This document shows, piece after piece, positions 63,069 to 64,000 of a stretch of DNA of 64,000 bases. This DNA is from Octopus vulgaris (taxonomy: Eukaryota). Numbering within the stretch: the first letter of the stretch is position 1; each line of letters begins with the position of its first letter. The notes beneath the pieces were generated by a model. It was not told the origin of the DNA. It saw nothing but the letters and a program-made list of their open reading frames with translations, and did no database searches. The position numbers and the translations under genes were made by a program. The DNA lies in assembly GCA_951406725.2 (NCBI GenBank), contig OX597814.1, forward strand, positions 167,338,001-167,402,000, given 5' to 3'.

Positions 63069-64000
63069 TAAAATTTGTTTAGGAAGGGAGACAACTCTGC
63101 TATAGACATTTTAATATTGTTTCTACAATTGTAATATACATGTACATGCTAGTGAGACCCATGGAAATTTCACAGAACGAAAAAGATTTAGAGAAGTTAT
63201 TTAAGAAAGGAAGGATGATTTGCATTTTTATTTTGCTAAGCTATTTCACTTCCAGTCACAATAATATATTATATGATTTTAAAATTTCTCTCTGCTTAGC
63301 ACTTTCTGTTTACCTCTTCAACAAACTTTAATCATGTAATTCCCTTCTTCATGTCTTTAACATTTCTCTCTTTCTCTTCATCTTTCACTTCCACTAGTCA
63401 CATGAATGACAGCATAATTCAGCAGCTGGCTATCGGTTCTCTCACTCACTCTCACATTGCCTCTTCGTCTTTCACTCCTCCTCCTCTCTAATGAACTAAA
63501 GCATAAAGTGTGAATGAACAGGTAGAAGAATAATATTATAGATTTAGTTCAATAAAAAAAAATACTTTTCACTATCAACACACCATCACCATCATCACTA
63601 TAGTTTTCAGTCCAGCTGTTTGTTTATATTTACTCTGACAATGCAAAAACTATCTGCCTTTCTCTCTCACTCTTAATATAACTGCCTCCCCTGTCCATCT
63701 CTATCTACCTTTCTTTAACCTCACCACCAGAACATCACTCTCTGCTAAATATTGTATCTTAAACATATCTCTTTCTCTTTACCTTTCCCTTCCTACCCTA
63801 CAGCACATCATTAACATTTCTCTTTCCCTCTTTCCTCTCACTATCTTGTTCTCTCACTCTTTACCTCTCCCTTCAAGTAACCACATGGTGCATTTGGCCT
63901 TATTATACATCTTTCTCTACTTCTTCCTCACTTCTTCTCTACTAACACTCCTCCCTGTTTCACTTTTAATCCACTCCACCTCTCTAACTAAGGTATAACA

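Overview
AT-rich, repeat-saturated eukaryotic (animal) genomic DNA. By recall of its SINE, LINE and microsatellite families it most resembles an octopus (coleoid cephalopod) genome; this is an inference, not a database result. I cannot support any intact host protein-coding gene. Nearly all long ORFs are microsatellite artefacts or decayed transposon reading frames. The window contains tRNA-type SINEs of several families, decayed LINEs (RTE, R4/Dong-like, CR1/L2-like) and Penelope-like fragments. It also contains two solo LTRs with 4-bp TSDs, Tc1/mariner, pogo/Tigger, hAT and TTAA-type DNA elements, and non-autonomous Helitrons. The most notable signals are: (i) a set of minimal hammerhead-ribozyme motifs, including a G3:C8 compensatory-core variant present twice in a ~400-bp near-perfect palindrome at 10653-11059; (ii) CpG-retaining domains (~44.1-46.1 kb and ~48.4-52.2 kb) in otherwise CpG-depleted DNA, with a candidate promoter/first exon near 50.4-50.6 kb; (iii) a snap-back hairpin at a SINE insertion junction, inverted SINE pairs and local duplications. 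Coordinates were counted by hand; ends of decayed elements are approximate.
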